DNA of 64,000 nt from the NCBI GenBank assembly GCA_964542095.1, contig CAZITF010000001.1:21046-85045 (forward strand). The letters run 5' to 3'. Made by a program: the position numbers and the translations under genes. Source of the DNA: an uncultured Rhodobacterales bacterium (GTDB taxonomy: Bacteria > Pseudomonadota > Alphaproteobacteria > Rhodobacterales > Rhodobacteraceae). Below, in pieces: positions 29,055 through 38,262 of this stretch (positions are counted from its first letter, which is position 1; each line of letters begins with the position of its first letter). The notes beneath the pieces were generated by a model. It searched no databases. It saw only the letters and a list, made by a program, of their open reading frames with translations, and was not told where the DNA came from.

Positions 29055-30599
29055 ATGATTTTGAGAATTTTCCAGGTGGTCTTCGTTGCGTGCCTGTTGC
29101 TGGGCCCGCCCACTGCGGCATGGGCCAAGCGTGTTGCACTGCTGATCGGGAATTCGGATTACGCCACCCCCGAGATGGATTTGCGCAATCCGGTCAACGA
29201 TGCAACGGCCCTTGGGGCCGCATTGCGCGCCTTGTCTTTCGATGTGATCGAAGTGACTGATTCCGATGTCGCCGGCATGGAACGGGCCTTGCAGGACTTT
29301 CAGGTCGCGGCGGCCGGTGCCGAAATGGCTGTGTTCTTTTATGCCGGACACGGGGTGCAGATCGGCGGGGAAAACTATTTTGTCGGCGTCGATTTTCCGG
29401 GTGGGGAACTGGAGGCGATGCGCCGCACCTCTGTGCCGATGACCCGCGTCCGGGAGACCATGAAGATCGCGGCCCCCGAGATTGGCATCATTTTTCTGGA
29501 TGCCTGCCGCAACAACCCATTCTCCATCGACGGGACAGTGCCCCCCGGCCTTGTGCGCGACAGCGGCGGGGCGGGTCTGCTGATCGCCTATGCCACGGAT
29601 CCGGGCAATGTGGCCTACGACGGATTGGGCGAGAATTCTGTCTTTACCTCTGCCTTGCTCAAACACCTCGCCACGCCAGCGCTGGATGCGCGACTGATGC
29701 TGGGTCGGGTGCGACAGGAGGTCGTGCTTGAAACCGGGGGCAGCCAGATCCCTTGGGTGGAAGAAGCGGTACTGGGCGAGCACAGCTTCAACCCCGGCGC
29801 GCCTTCGCACGTGATCGCCGACGCGCAGGTGGACGAGTTGAGCCGGTGGCGTCAGATTTCGACCAGTCTGGATGTCGCGGCTTTCGAAGGGTACCTCGCC
29901 GACTATCCGAACGGTCTGTTCGAAAGTTTCGCCCAGGATCGCATTGTCGCACTCAAGTCTTCGGAGCGCCTTGCCCAATCGGAGAGCCCCGAGATCCTGA
30001 TAGCCTCGGCCGACACGCAGAAACTGACGGCGGCCCTGAACGTCCTTGGGCTGGCACCCGGCGAAAACCTCAGCCGCGGTTTGCGCATCTATCAGCAGCG
30101 CCTGCCTGATCCATCAACCTTGAGCGAAGAGCAGCTTTACTCCGATGCCGCGCGCATGTCGATGTTTCTGGCCGCGACCACCCTGCAACAGCTGCGCACC
30201 GATCTGGTGGCCCTGCGGGGCATCAAGCGCACGCTGAAAATCTCCGAAGACGCGCTGGCCCAGATGGAGGAGATCGCCAGTACCAATGCCGATGCCCTGC
30301 CTTTGCTGGATCAGGCGCGTCGCGACATCAACAAGATATTGCGCGCGCAAGGCATCGTGCTGCGGCGGCTGGACGAAACCCGCACCTATTACGATGAGAT
30401 CCTCGCGGACTCCTCTGCCTTTTTCCCCGATGATGCGGGCCTCGGCCTGCTCGGAGGCACGGAGCGCAGCCGCAATCTGGGGACCACGGGACAAAAGCTG
30501 AATGAAAACGCCTCGATTTTTCTACGCCATCTGGCGCAAACCGATGAAAAAACAAAAGGAAGTTACAAATGGCTGGCAGATCTCATTTCTCAAGGATAA
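29055..30599 (+). CDS. Secreted caspase-family (peptidase C14) protease with helical C-terminus
   Basis: Signal peptide ending AWA; RVALLIGNSDY, LRNPVNDA, FFYAGHG (His99), FLDACRNNP (Cys151), IAYATDPG, NSVFTSAL, QIPW. Confidence 0.92.
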   Translation: MILRIFQVVFVACLLLGPPTAAWAKRVALLIGNSDYATPEMDLRNPVNDATALGAALRALSFDVIEVTDSDVAGMERALQDFQVAAAGAEMAVFFYAGHGVQIGGENYFVGVDFPGGELEAMRRTSVPMTRVRETMKIAAPEIGIIFLDACRNNPFSIDGTVPPGLVRDSGGAGLLIAYATDPGNVAYDGLGENSVFTSALLKHLATPALDARLMLGRVRQEVVLETGGSQIPWVEEAVLGEHSFNPGAPSHVIADAQVDELSRWRQISTSLDVAAFEGYLADYPNGLFESFAQDRIVALKSSERLAQSESPEILIASADTQKLTAALNVLGLAPGENLSRGLRIYQQRLPDPSTLSEEQLYSDAARMSMFLAATTLQQLRTDLVALRGIKRTLKISEDALAQMEEIASTNADALPLLDQARRDINKILRAQGIVLRRLDETRTYYDEILADSSAFFPDDAGLGLLGGTERSRNLGTTGQKLNENASIFLRHLAQTDEKTKGSYKWLADLISQG

Positions 30600-31273
30600 C
30601 GGGCGCTCTGTTGATCGCCGGTATGGTACTGGCGGCCTGTGAGAGCGGAACCACAACGCAGCAGGTCAGCGCGTCGGTCGTGCAAGGCGACACGCCGCAG
30701 GAACAGGAGTTGCGCCGCGCCGCCAAGGCCATGCAAAAGACCATTCTGGAAGGTGCCGCTGCGGGCGGCGCCGCGGGTGGCCTTGTGGGCCTGACCCTTG
30801 GCGGCAGTGACAATATCGGTGCGGGTATCACCATCGGGGCAGGGGCAGGGGCCGCTGCGGGCACCTATGTCGCCTTTGTTCAGCGCAAGTTCACCCGTCG
30901 CGCGCGCCGCCTCAAGCAGGTCCAGACCGATCTGGATCGCCACGCACGTGAAATGCAGGCGACCCTTGCGGCCATGAACGCCGCACTTGCGGTGCAGAAA
31001 CAGGACCTGGCTGCTGTCCGCCTGAAAGCTGCCCAGGGCGCCGCCACTCCGGCGGACCTTGCCCGTGAAACCGCCGAGGCCAACAGCAACCTGTCCCAGA
31101 TGATGCTGGCCATCGATGGCGCCACCAAACGGCAGGAAGAGTTCAACGCCGCGCGCGATCTGACCAAACGCAGCAATGATGAGGTCGCTCCGATTGACCC
31201 GCAGCTTGCGGCCATGTCCAACCGCATCGCTGAAATGAAGGCCGTCGCCAATGATCTGGCTGAATCGTTGTGA
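30569..31273 (+). CDS. Lipoprotein with glycine zipper and coiled coil
   Basis: Lipobox LAAC; GAAAGGAAGGLVG..GAGITIGAGAGAAAG; long heptad-rich C-terminus; overlaps the caspase stop. Confidence 0.8.
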   Translation: MAGRSHFSRITGALLIAGMVLAACESGTTTQQVSASVVQGDTPQEQELRRAAKAMQKTILEGAAAGGAAGGLVGLTLGGSDNIGAGITIGAGAGAAAGTYVAFVQRKFTRRARRLKQVQTDLDRHAREMQATLAAMNAALAVQKQDLAAVRLKAAQGAATPADLARETAEANSNLSQMMLAIDGATKRQEEFNAARDLTKRSNDEVAPIDPQLAAMSNRIAEMKAVANDLAESL

Positions 31274-31283
31274 GGACGGGAGA

Positions 31284-31697
31284 ATGGACATGAAATGGAT
31301 CGGCATACTAAGTTGCGTGGGCCTTGCAGGCTGCACGACAACCAGCACGGACCCGGCTGACGGCGGGTTCTTCAACGGGGTGTCCGGGATCACGACCGGC
31401 ACCTATCAATCCCAGATCGACGCTGACGAGGCGCAAGTCGAGGCCGCGCGGGTGCGCAACGCCAATCTGGCGGCCCAGATCCAAAGCTCGGAATCCGAAC
31501 TGGCGCGCCTGAAGGTGCAGATCGTGAACCAGCGCAACGCGCTGGGCGCTACGGATGCGGCGACCTCCAACCGCATCAACGCGGTGCTGGTTTCGAAACC
31601 GACGGGCAACACGGATACCGCGCGCCTTGCGGCTTTGCGGCAAAGCATCGCGGATGCGCGCGCCCTGTCGCAGGATCTGGCCAAACTGTCGGGCTGA
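31284..31697 (+). CDS. Small coiled-coil lipoprotein
   Basis: Lipobox LAGC; TDPADGGFFNGVSGITTGTY followed by a coiled coil; start 31284 or 31290. Confidence 0.8.
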   Translation: MDMKWIGILSCVGLAGCTTTSTDPADGGFFNGVSGITTGTYQSQIDADEAQVEAARVRNANLAAQIQSSESELARLKVQIVNQRNALGATDAATSNRINAVLVSKPTGNTDTARLAALRQSIADARALSQDLAKLSG

Positions 31698-31791
31698 TGC
31701 GCCTGGCGGCACCGTGCCGGTCGCCACGGTGACACTGCGTGTCGATGACCCCCGCGGATTGCTGCGACATCGGAACGGAATGCCCGGACGG

Positions 31792-33171
31792 CTAGCGTTC
31801 ATCGCGCTCGCTTCTGGGCAGTGTCATCGTGACGGTCAAACCCTTTCGGTTGCTGCTCAATGTGAGATCACCGCCAAGGCTGCGCGCGACGGCGATGGCA
31901 ATCGGCAGACCCAGGCCGCTGCCTTCGGATTGCCTGACCTGACCAAACCGGGCCATGGCGATTTCGATCTCGTCGGGCGGAATCCCGACACCGTCATCCG
32001 CAATCGAAATCCGGACACTGTTCCCGTGCACCTGCGTTCGAACGACAACGCGGGACAAGGGGTCGCCCCCATGCACAAGCGCATTGTCGATCAGATTGAG
32101 CACCCCCTGTTGCAACAACACCGGATCGGCACGCAAGGTCATGCCGGTCTCTGCGAGTTCGAAATCGAGGGTGACATTCCGCGCCACGGCGCGCCGTTCG
32201 GCCTGCCCCCTGATTTCGGACAGAGTGTCGTTGACATCGATCATCGACAGCTGCGATCTGGGTTTGGGAGAGCTGGCACGTTCGAAGGCAAGCAGACTGT
32301 TCGCCAGATCCGACGCGCCCCTCGCGGATCTGACAAGTTCCGCGCTGCGTTCGCGCATGTCCGACAGCGTGGTCGCGGACCGAACCGCTTCGGACATCGC
32401 CAGCACCCCCGCAATCGGATTGCGCAACTGATGCGCCGCATTCGAGATGAATTCGTCCTTGGCCTGCAAGGTGGTACGCAATTCTGACAAGAGCGTATTG
32501 AGGGTCTGCACGATGCCCCGGACTTCGACCGGAACCGGGCGCTTGATTTCGTTCAACTCGCGCGGTGACCTTTGCGAAATCGCATCCTGCAGGTCGAGCA
32601 GGGGCCGCAACCCGATCCGCACGCCGAACCAGACGATCAGCGTCAACGCGGCGATGATGATCGCGATGCCACCAAAGGTGCGCCGGGTCGTATCCCTGAC
32701 AAAACTGTCCCGCAGCGCGATATCCTGCCAGACGGTAAAGGTGAACGTCCCGCTGAGGCCGCTGATGGACATTCTGTCCACATAGCGCAGGGCGCGCACC
32801 GGACGCTTTTGATAGGTCGCATCGTAATAATTCTGTGTCTGTTCCGGCGTGGCCAGCAGGTTGGGCAGGACAGGGGGCGTGGCATAGCCCGTCACATAAG
32901 CCCCATTCGGCGCATAGACGTGATAAAAGACGCGCCCCCCGGACGTGTCGCGCAGCAGCGCAAGCGTCTTGGGACTGAGCGCGTCGCCCCCCGACAGGGC
33001 CGTATCGCGCGAAATGGCGAGCACCGTGGACAAGAGCGAGCGATCAAACCGCTCGTTGGCCCGCGCCTTGGCGTCTTGCAGGGTCAGCACGCCCAGAACC
33101 AGCGAAACCAGAATGAGTGGCGCGAGGATGATCAGAACGAGCCGCGCCCTGAGCGACATCGTCCGTGTCAT
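31792..33171 (-). CDS. tctE: Sensor histidine kinase, TctE type
   Basis: Two TMs, FDRSL periplasmic motif, FISNAAHQLRNP, GSGLGL; adjacent to tctC. Confidence 0.82.
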   Translation of the reverse strand: MTRTMSLRARLVLIILAPLILVSLVLGVLTLQDAKARANERFDRSLLSTVLAISRDTALSGGDALSPKTLALLRDTSGGRVFYHVYAPNGAYVTGYATPPVLPNLLATPEQTQNYYDATYQKRPVRALRYVDRMSISGLSGTFTFTVWQDIALRDSFVRDTTRRTFGGIAIIIAALTLIVWFGVRIGLRPLLDLQDAISQRSPRELNEIKRPVPVEVRGIVQTLNTLLSELRTTLQAKDEFISNAAHQLRNPIAGVLAMSEAVRSATTLSDMRERSAELVRSARGASDLANSLLAFERASSPKPRSQLSMIDVNDTLSEIRGQAERRAVARNVTLDFELAETGMTLRADPVLLQQGVLNLIDNALVHGGDPLSRVVVRTQVHGNSVRISIADDGVGIPPDEIEIAMARFGQVRQSEGSGLGLPIAIAVARSLGGDLTLSSNRKGLTVTMTLPRSERDER

Positions 33172-33839
33172 GCCTCGAGGCTCTGCATGGTATAACCAAG
33201 GCCGCGTTGCACCCTGATTTCGATGTCAAACCGGCGCAGCCGCTTGCGCAGCCGCGAAATATAGACCTCGACGACCTGTTCCTCGACTTCGGCGCCGGTG
33301 CCATACACCTTGTCCAGCAGCGCCTGTTTGGACAGCATTCTGGATTGCGCCAGAAACAGCGCCTCAAAGATCGCCATTTCGCGGCGCGGTAAATCGAGGG
33401 GCCCGTCCGGGCCGATGACCTGCCGGGCGGTCCGGTCGAAATTGAGCGGCCCGATGGCCTGCTGATGGGCCGCTTTCGCCCCGACACGCCGCATCAGCGC
33501 GCGCAGGCGCGCAATCAGTTCTTCCATTTCGAACGGCTTGGCGAGGTAGTCATCCGCCCCGGCGTCCAGTCCTGAAATCTTGTCATCCAGCCCTGACCGG
33601 GCGGTCAGCATCAGAACCGGGCGTACATCGCCGCGCGCACGCAACCTCTTGAGGACATCTGTGCCGCTCATGCCGGGCAGGTTGACATCCAGCACAATCA
33701 CGTCTGCGCCGTCATCCTTCAGGAACTGGTCCGCTTCGGCCCCGTCAAAGATCAGGTCGACCGCATGACCGGCGTCGCGCAGCACATATGCGATCCCGTT
33801 GGCGACCCCTGTGTTGTCTTCGACGATGACAATATGCAC
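33168..33839 (-). CDS. tctD: OmpR-family response regulator, TctD type
   Basis: IVED, LDVNLPG, GADDYLAKPF, VEVYISRLRKRL. Confidence 0.85.
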   Translation of the reverse strand: MHIVIVEDNTGVANGIAYVLRDAGHAVDLIFDGAEADQFLKDDGADVIVLDVNLPGMSGTDVLKRLRARGDVRPVLMLTARSGLDDKISGLDAGADDYLAKPFEMEELIARLRALMRRVGAKAAHQQAIGPLNFDRTARQVIGPDGPLDLPRREMAIFEALFLAQSRMLSKQALLDKVYGTGAEVEEQVVEVYISRLRKRLRRFDIEIRVQRGLGYTMQSLEA

Positions 33840-33862
33840 TTCGTGACCCTTTTGTTGTGAGA

Positions 33863-33881
33863 CATGCAAGTTTCATGCAAG
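33863..33881. promoter_or_regulatory. Tandem direct repeat, putative TctD site
   Basis: CATGCAAG-ttt-CATGCAAG, 11-bp period, in the tctD/tctC divergent promoter. Confidence 0.6.
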
Positions 33882-33978
33882 CTTGGCGGGCAATGGTGCC
33901 TGGATCAAGGCGGCAGGAGGGCCGTTTTGATTCGTATTGCCTGCTCTGAGACATGAGCAAACTGTCTGGGAGGACAAC

Positions 33979-35061
33979 ATGACATTGAAATCAATCCTGC
34001 GCGCAAGCGCAATCGGTGCTGTGGCACTGGCGGGTACATCCGCGACAGCCGAACTTGATCTGACTGGCCAAACCGTCGAGTGGATCATTCCATTCTCCGA
34101 AACCGGCGGCTCTGCGCGCTGGGCGAATTTTTATGCGCCGCTGCTGTCCGAGGCGCTGCCGGGCAACCCGACCGTCGTCGTGACCTTCATGCCGGGCGCC
34201 GGGTCGACCACGGGTGCAAACCACTTCCAGGGGCTGTCCTACAAGGACGGCACAACAATTTTCGGCTCGTCCGGCTCCACCCAGTTCCCCTACCTGCTGG
34301 GTGATCCACGGGTGCGCTACGAATACAAGGACTGGAACGTGGTTCTGGCGTCGGGCACCGGTGGTGTCGCGTACCTGCCGCCCGCGCTTGCCGAAGCTTA
34401 CGCGGATGATCCCACCGCCTTGAACGACGAAAACTTCATCTACGGCGCGCAGTCGGCGACGGGTCTCGACCTGGTTCCGCTGCTGGCCTGGGAAATGCTC
34501 GGCCTCAACGTCGAGCCTGTGTTCGGCATCGAAGGTCGTGGTGACGGCCGTCTGATGTTCGAGCGTGGCGAAGCCAATATCGACTACCAGACATCCTCGT
34601 CCTACCTTTCGGGAGTGGCGCCGCTGGTCGAGGCGGGAACCGCCACGCCGTGGTTCTCGTTCGGTGCACTGGATGATGACGGCAATATCGTGCGCGATCC
34701 CACGTTCCCCGACATGCCAAGCTTCAAGGAAGTCTGTGAAGCGAACCCGGAGTGCGAAACAAGCGGCACGACGTGGGACGCATGGAAAGCCTTCTTTGTC
34801 GCGGGTTTCCCGGCCCAAAAGATGGTATTCCTGGCCAATGGCGCGCCGGACGAGGCGATTGAAACCTTCACCAAGGCCTTCGCATCCATCAAGGACCGTC
34901 CTGACTATGCCGAAATCTCCGAATCCGCTCTGGGCCTTTATCCACAGCTGACCGGAAATGGTGCCAAGCGCGCGATGGCGGACGCCACCAGCGTCCCGGA
35001 CGAGGCGCGCGACTTCGTCAAGGCCTGGCTGCTTGAAAGCTATGGTGTGGTTCTCGAGTAA
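33979..35061 (+). CDS. tctC: Tripartite tricarboxylate transporter substrate-binding protein
   Basis: Signal peptide, IIPFSETGGS, MPGAGS, RDPTFPDMPSF. Confidence 0.85.
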   Translation: MTLKSILRASAIGAVALAGTSATAELDLTGQTVEWIIPFSETGGSARWANFYAPLLSEALPGNPTVVVTFMPGAGSTTGANHFQGLSYKDGTTIFGSSGSTQFPYLLGDPRVRYEYKDWNVVLASGTGGVAYLPPALAEAYADDPTALNDENFIYGAQSATGLDLVPLLAWEMLGLNVEPVFGIEGRGDGRLMFERGEANIDYQTSSSYLSGVAPLVEAGTATPWFSFGALDDDGNIVRDPTFPDMPSFKEVCEANPECETSGTTWDAWKAFFVAGFPAQKMVFLANGAPDEAIETFTKAFASIKDRPDYAEISESALGLYPQLTGNGAKRAMADATSVPDEARDFVKAWLLESYGVVLE

Positions 35062-35076
35062 GACCACGACCGCTTC

Positions 35077-35110
35077 GGCCCCCGCATGATCGCGGGGGCC
35101 AACTTTCTTT
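35077..35110 (+). terminator. Intercistronic hairpin (partial terminator or mRNA stabiliser)
   Basis: GGCCCCCGC-atgatc-GCGGGGGCC followed by aactttcttt, between tctC and tctA. Confidence 0.55.
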
Positions 35111-35128
35111 CAGTATCGGGAGGCTCCA

Positions 35129-37156
35129 ATGGACGTTCTAGCGACAGCGCTGCCGGCGCTTGGCGATGCATTCGGCATGATCCTGCAACCGCATGTGCTT
35201 GGCTATCTGGTGCTTGGCGTGTTGATGGGCCTTGGCATCGGCGTGTTCCCCGGACTTGGGGGCATTGCCGGTCTGTCCCTCCTGTTGCCTTTCATGTTCG
35301 GCATGGAACCCCTGACCGGTCTGGCCCTGATGGTCGGCATGGTCGCGGTGGTGCCGACATCTGATACGTTTTCCTCTGTTCTGATGGGGATTCCGGGGTC
35401 TTCTGCATCGCAGGCGACCGTTCTCGACGGCTTTCCGATGGCCAAGAAAGGGCAGGCGGCGCGCGCGCTGTCAGCTGCGTTCGCGTCTTCGCTCTTTGGC
35501 GGGCTTCTGGGGGCCGCGTTCCTGTCGGTCTTCATCCTCATCGCGCGGCCCATCGTGCTGATGTTCCAGACGCCCGAATTGCTGATGGTGACGATCTTTG
35601 GGCTGTCCATGGTCGGTATTCTCGCGGGCCGGGTCGCGATCAAGGGCATCGCCGCCGCAGGCCTTGGGCTGATGATCGGCACCATCGGCATCGGGTCCAG
35701 CGCGGGCGCCTTGCGCATGTCGACCTTTGACACCCCCTATCTGATGGACGGGCTGAAGCTGGTCATCGTCGGTCTCGGTATCTTTGCGATCCCCGAAATC
35801 GTGGCCCTGTTGCGCCAGGACAAGGCGATTTCGGATCGCAACACCATTGGCGGCGGCTGGCTGAAGGGGGTCGGGGACTGGTGGGCCAATATCTGGCTGT
35901 CGGTGCGCTGTTCGCTCATCGGCGTCATGGTCGGCGTCATTCCGGGACTGGGCGGTTCGGTTGTGGACTGGATCGCCTATGGGCACACCGTGCAAACCGC
36001 CAAGGACAAGACCCAGTTCGGATCGGGGGATGTGCGCGGCGTGATCGGACCGGAAAGCTCGAACAACGCCAAGGAAGGCGGCGGCCTCGTTCCCACGTTG
36101 CTGTTCGGCATTCCCGGCTCGGGCTCCATGGCGATCTTCATCTCCGGCATCGCGCTTCTGGGCAGCGGCAATATCGAAGTCGGCCCCTCGATGCTCAAGA
36201 ACAACCTCGACATCACCTATTCCATCGTCTGGTTGCTGGCGCTGGCCAACGTCGTGGGCACGCTGGTCTGCATTGCAGCCTCGGGCTCGATTGCGCGCCT
36301 GACCAATATCCGTTTTGCGCTGCTGGCGCCGTTCCTGTTCATGATCATCGCTTTCGCGGCCTTCCAGTCGCGCCAGTCGATCATGGATCTGGTTGCGCTG
36401 TTCGGTATCGGCCTGCTGGGGATCATGCTGCGCCGCTTTGACTGGTCGCGCCCGGCGTTCCTGATCGGTTTCGTGCTGTCCTCACCGGCCGAGCGGTATA
36501 CCAACCAGGCCTACCAGATTGCCGCCTCCCGTTTCCGCAAAGGCTTTGACGAGGGGATCGACTACATCTTCAGCCCCATCGTCATCGTACTGATCATCAT
36601 CACGGTCATCTCGGTCATCGTCGGGCTGCGCAACGCCAAGTCGATCATGGCCGAAGGCGACATCGAGGCGGGAACCAAGCGCGCGCCGCTGATCTTCCTG
36701 CTGGCGATTACGGGCTACGTGGCCGTTGCCTATTTCAATGCGTCGCTGATCCCCGATCACGCCCGCATGGACCGCGTGTTCCCCGTGTTCGTGGCAACCG
36801 TGACGCTGGTCTGTCTCGTGGTTTTGCTGGTGCAGATGAGATTTCTGCCCGACACGCATCCGCTGTTTGCGGATCGCGAAAAGCAGGACGCGGACGTGAA
36901 TTCGCACGGGCTTTGGCGAACCCTGGCGTGGTTCGCGGCCCTCTTGCTGGGCACGGCCCTGGTCGGGTTCATTCTGGCGCTGGCGGTGTTCCTCGTGTCC
37001 TTCATCCGCTTTCGCGCGCAGAAAAGCTGGGTCTATGCCTTTGCCTATGCCGCCGCCGGTATCGGCTTTATCAGCGCGATGGCATGGTCGCTCAACCGCG
37101 ACTTCCCGCCCGGGCTGCTGCAGCAGGTCGCGGATTTGCCATGGCCACTGACATGA
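35129..37156 (+). CDS. tctA: Tripartite tricarboxylate transporter permease, TctA with fused C-terminal TctB-like region
   Basis: GVFPGLGG, GIPGSSASQATVLDGFPMAKKG, GPESSNNAKEGG; about 170 extra aa with 4-5 TMs. Confidence 0.9.
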   Translation: MDVLATALPALGDAFGMILQPHVLGYLVLGVLMGLGIGVFPGLGGIAGLSLLLPFMFGMEPLTGLALMVGMVAVVPTSDTFSSVLMGIPGSSASQATVLDGFPMAKKGQAARALSAAFASSLFGGLLGAAFLSVFILIARPIVLMFQTPELLMVTIFGLSMVGILAGRVAIKGIAAAGLGLMIGTIGIGSSAGALRMSTFDTPYLMDGLKLVIVGLGIFAIPEIVALLRQDKAISDRNTIGGGWLKGVGDWWANIWLSVRCSLIGVMVGVIPGLGGSVVDWIAYGHTVQTAKDKTQFGSGDVRGVIGPESSNNAKEGGGLVPTLLFGIPGSGSMAIFISGIALLGSGNIEVGPSMLKNNLDITYSIVWLLALANVVGTLVCIAASGSIARLTNIRFALLAPFLFMIIAFAAFQSRQSIMDLVALFGIGLLGIMLRRFDWSRPAFLIGFVLSSPAERYTNQAYQIAASRFRKGFDEGIDYIFSPIVIVLIIITVISVIVGLRNAKSIMAEGDIEAGTKRAPLIFLLAITGYVAVAYFNASLIPDHARMDRVFPVFVATVTLVCLVVLLVQMRFLPDTHPLFADREKQDADVNSHGLWRTLAWFAALLLGTALVGFILALAVFLVSFIRFRAQKSWVYAFAYAAAGIGFISAMAWSLNRDFPPGLLQQVADLPWPLT

Positions 37157-38262
37157 CCCAGACCGCCATCCCGTTTCTGTTCATGCGCGGTGGCACCTCG
37201 CGGGGGCCGTATTTCGACCGTGCCGATCTGCCCGAGGATCGCGAAACGCTTGCGCGGGTGCTTGTCGCGGCACTCGGTTCCGGCCACCCGCTCAATATCG
37301 ACGGGGTCGGCGGCGGAAATCCGGTCACGACCAAGGTCGCGATGCTGTCGCGATCAGACGATCCGTGGGCCGACATCGACTATTTCTTTGCGCAGGTCAG
37401 CGTCGGGGATGGTCAGGTCGATTTCAAACCGACCTGCGGCAACATCCTGACCGGCGTCGGCCCGGCCGCGGTCGAAATGGGGCTGATCCCGATGACCGGT
37501 GCTGCGACCACGGTCAACATCCTTGCGGTCAATACAGGCGCGCGCGTGGTCGCACAGGTGGAAACCAGCGATGCGGGCGTGGTCTATGACGGCCCGGTCG
37601 CGATTGACGGCGTGCCTGGAACAGCCGCCCCGGTCGGCCTGCAATTCATGGACACCGTTGGCGGGGCAACGGGCGCATTTCTTCCCACCGGCAACCTGCG
37701 CGACACCTTCGATGGGGTTGAAGTGACGTGCATGGATGTGGCGATGCCGATGGTCATCGCGCGGGCCGATGCTTTCGGGCTGACGGGCCATGAAAGCGCC
37801 GACGAGCTGAACGAGAACCGCGCATTCTTTTCCCGGATGGAGGCCATACGCATCCAGGCCGGAGAGGCCATGGGCATTCGGGACGTCGCAAGGTCGGTCA
37901 CGCCCAAATTCGGCATCCTCGCCCCCGTGAAAGACCGGGGCACGATCGCTGCGCGGTACTTCATGCCGTGGTCAACGCATCCGACAATGGCCGTCACGGG
38001 CGCGCAATGCCTCGCCTCGTGCGTGCTGACACCCGGCAGTGTGGCGGCGGGACTTGCCAACCTGCCAAACGAGAGCCCGGCCCGGATCACTCTGGAACAT
38101 GCGTCGGGCGTTATCGACGTCCTCGTCGACTATGACATGGGCGCCGACGGCATTACGCTGAAGTCGGCAGGCCTCGTGCGGACAGCGCGGCTTTTGGCGC
38201 GGGGAGAGGTGATGGTGCCCCGACATATCTGGAGCGATTCTGATGAAAGTTCACATTCTTGA
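37153..38262 (+). CDS. PrpF/4-oxalomesaconate tautomerase family isomerase
   Basis: MRGGTSRG, IDGVGGGNPVTTKV, CGNIL, IDGVPGT, EHASG, RTARLL. Confidence 0.9.
   Translation: MTQTAIPFLFMRGGTSRGPYFDRADLPEDRETLARVLVAALGSGHPLNIDGVGGGNPVTTKVAMLSRSDDPWADIDYFFAQVSVGDGQVDFKPTCGNILTGVGPAAVEMGLIPMTGAATTVNILAVNTGARVVAQVETSDAGVVYDGPVAIDGVPGTAAPVGLQFMDTVGGATGAFLPTGNLRDTFDGVEVTCMDVAMPMVIARADAFGLTGHESADELNENRAFFSRMEAIRIQAGEAMGIRDVARSVTPKFGILAPVKDRGTIAARYFMPWSTHPTMAVTGAQCLASCVLTPGSVAAGLANLPNESPARITLEHASGVIDVLVDYDMGADGITLKSAGLVRTARLLARGEVMVPRHIWSDSDESSHS

Noticed and set aside
26026-31697. Type VI secretion locus
   Set aside because: No tssB/C, hcp, vgrG, clpV, tssJLM, fha or pppA genes in the window
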